From a virus (lineage: Duplodnaviria; Heunggongvirae; Uroviricota; Caudoviricetes), in IMG/VR virus record IMGVR_UViG_2654587711_000006: a DNA stretch of 6,590 nucleotides, one strand, 5' to 3'. The position numbers were made by a program, and so were the translations under genes. Positions 5,496-6,590 of the stretch are shown piece after piece (the first letter of the stretch is position 1; each line of letters opens with the position of its first letter). The notes under the pieces were generated by a model that had not been told where the DNA came from, did not search any database, and saw only the letters and a list, made by a program, of their open reading frames with translations.

Positions 5496-5579
5496 TTATC
5501 CCCAGCGGCAAATCGAATACACCACCAGCGCCACCGCCATCGCAATTCCTACCGTTGTTAATGCTTCAGGCCAGGTCAT
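5496..5579 (-). CDS. Candidate 27-aa hydrophobic peptide, translationally coupled to the 114-aa gene
   Basis: ATG overlaps the stop of the upstream gene (ATGA); GGAGG lies 10 nt upstream. Translation [27 protein letters not shown] has one hydrophobic stretch. Below the ORF-track size cutoff; could be fortuitous. Confidence 0.3.
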   Translation of the reverse strand: MTWPEALTTVGIAMAVALVVYSICRWG

Positions 5580-5920
5580 CGTAAAATATCCTCCACGCTT
5601 ATCAGTCCGTTCCGCTCCAGATAACTCATCGCCTTATCCGGTAATTTGCAGTCTGGCTTCGCTTTCCTCAGTTGCCAGGTTAACTGCTTTACCAGCATGG
5701 TTAACTCATCGACCAGACGCTGATATCCCACTGGTTTGTATTCATGCAATTTACCGGCTGGCTCTGCTGCCAGCGATACCAGTGCGATTTCCAGAACAGC
5801 AATATCCATCTTATATGTGCGGATGATGTCATGGTCGATTGTGCCCGGTATGCACAGTCTCTGTGCTTCAATAGTCTCCTCTGCGTGAGCTATTAACTGC
5901 TCTCTGGTAAAAGTCGTCAT
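5576..5920 (-). CDS. Hypothetical protein (114 aa), paralogous at its N-terminus to the upstream 55-aa ORF
   Basis: ORF with ATG overlapping the upstream stop (ATGA). Shares MTTFTREQ with the neighbour's MTTITKER and [11 protein letters not shown] with its [11 protein letters not shown]. Carries a C-terminal extension of about 56 aa. Not similar to RelE, ParE, MazF or other toxin families I can recall. Confidence 0.6.
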   Translation of the reverse strand: MTTFTREQLIAHAEETIEAQRLCIPGTIDHDIIRTYKMDIAVLEIALVSLAAEPAGKLHEYKPVGYQRLVDELTMLVKQLTWQLRKAKPDCKLPDKAMSYLERNGLISVEDILR

Positions 5921-6084
5921 GCCGTAGCCCCTTCTTGATATTTTTCAAACCAGAACACAACCGGCTCTGCTTCCAGCGATGCCAGCGCAATCCGTGCCAG
6001 TTCCATTTGTTCACCACGGGTAAGCCCGTTTTCAAGCGGGTTTTTAATGAACAATTCAATACGTTCTTTGGTAATAGTGGTCAT
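5917..6084 (-). CDS. Hypothetical small protein (55 aa), not in the ORF track
   Basis: Hand translation: [62 protein letters not shown] 6-7 nt upstream of ATG 6084. The stop overlaps the next start. Occupies the frame opposite the spurious track ORFs 5868-6059 and 5935-6213. Confidence 0.5.
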   Translation of the reverse strand: MTTITKERIELFIKNPLENGLTRGEQMELARIALASLEAEPVVFWFEKYQEGATA

Positions 6085-6094
6085 GTGTTACTCC

Positions 6095-6293
6095 TTAACC
6101 CGCAGTGCTTTCAACTGATGAGGGGAACAAAATCTTTTCATCAAACCCTGCATTCATATCATGAACAGCAACACACCAATCCATCGACGAACGATTATCA
6201 AGAGCCTCCATGATTTCATCCATGCGGCGTAGGTCATACAGGTAAATGCTTTTATCGCCAATGGTGTAAAAGCCAATTTTTTTCGGTGATGGA
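6095..6293 (-). CDS. Hypothetical protein, 5' end truncated by the right IS (C-terminal about 65 aa retained)
   Basis: The open frame exits the IS terminal sequence and continues ...PSPKKIGFYTIGDKSIYLYDLRRMDEIMEALDNRSSMDWCVAVHDMNAGFDEKILFPSSVESTAG. The track's start MVVSAIASTPH is encoded by IS end sequence. Its stop is followed within 10 nt by the RBS and ATG of the 55-aa gene. Confidence 0.45.
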
Positions 6294-6590
6294 TGAGGTG
6301 TACTGGCAATAGCGGACACTACCATTTGTTCTTTTTTTAAGCAGCCATCTGATGATATTTTTCCCTGAAGGCTGCCGGGGAGATATTCCCCAGACGAGAG
6401 TGACGACGCGGACGATTGTAGAAAATCTCAATGTATTCCCGTATTACTGAGATGGCTTCATCCCGGTTATTAAAACGATAGTGGCTCAGGCTCTCATTTT
6501 TCAGCGTTCCCCAGAAGCTTTCCATCGGAGCGTTGTCGTAACAGTTACCTTTACGCGACATTGATGTTTTCAGACCAGACTGCTCCTGTA
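6294..6590 (-). mobile_element. IS3-family insertion sequence, right (3') end only, inverted relative to the copy at 1-271; body lies right of the window
   Basis: Reverse complement of 6294-6562 matches 4-271 with a single mismatch visible (CAG vs CCG in the transposase, Q to P). The terminal TGAGGTG... is the complement of the ...CACCTCA end. Confidence 0.8.
6337..6590 (-). CDS. IS3-family transposase OrfB, C-terminal fragment; continues beyond the window
   Basis: Same 74-aa C-terminal sequence as the left copy apart from one residue. The frame stays open upstream of the listed Met to the window edge. Confidence 0.8.
   Translation of the reverse strand, partial: QEQSGLKTSMSRKGNCYDNAPMESFWGTLKNESLSHYRFNNRDEAISVIREYIEIFYNRPRRHSRLGNISPAAFREKYHQMAA

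Noticed and set aside
5576-6084. Calling the 55-aa/114-aa pair relB/relE
   Set aside because: Despite occupying the relBE position next to hokD, neither translation resembles RelB or RelE of E. coli K-12 as I recall them, so the symbols were left blank.
5868-6213. ORFs 5868-6059 (-) and 5935-6213 (+)
   Set aside because: Both overlap the hand-identified 55-aa gene (5917-6084) and the upstream truncated gene in wrong frames. The 55-aa frame has the ribosome-binding site and the stop/start coupling.
1-6590. CRISPR array or other direct-repeat array
   Set aside because: No regularly spaced direct repeats. The only long repeat is the inverted IS end pair.

Overview
This 6.6 kb window looks like a slice of a defective lambdoid (Qin-like) prophage, probably from E. 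coli or a close relative, bracketed by two near-identical inverted IS3-family insertion-sequence ends (1-271 and 6294-6590). Almost all coding is on the minus strand. Reading right to left: an IS-truncated gene, two tandem paralogous small ORFs (55 and 114 aa) and a coupled 27-aa hydrophobic ORF, a hok-type toxin locus (HokD-like) with leader and terminator, a small ORF that appears frameshifted, a DUF968-like protein, RusA resolvase, a Q-type late antiterminator with candidate late promoter and tR' terminator, and a tRNA cluster (Ile-CAU, a degenerate tRNA-like element, Arg-UCU). Below the tRNAs lies a moron-type cargo region: an unrecognised 117-aa ORF, a hairpin-rich untranslated stretch, a strong terminator, and an AT-rich island with a plus-strand 111-aa ORF, ending in a small gene cut by the left IS. 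No lysis cassette, no recognisable toxin of a known family other than Hok, and no CRISPR. The most interesting candidates are the paralogous ORF pair sitting where relBE sits in Qin, and the unannotatable cargo between the tRNAs and the left IS. All protein identifications are from recall of family sequences and motifs, not from searches.
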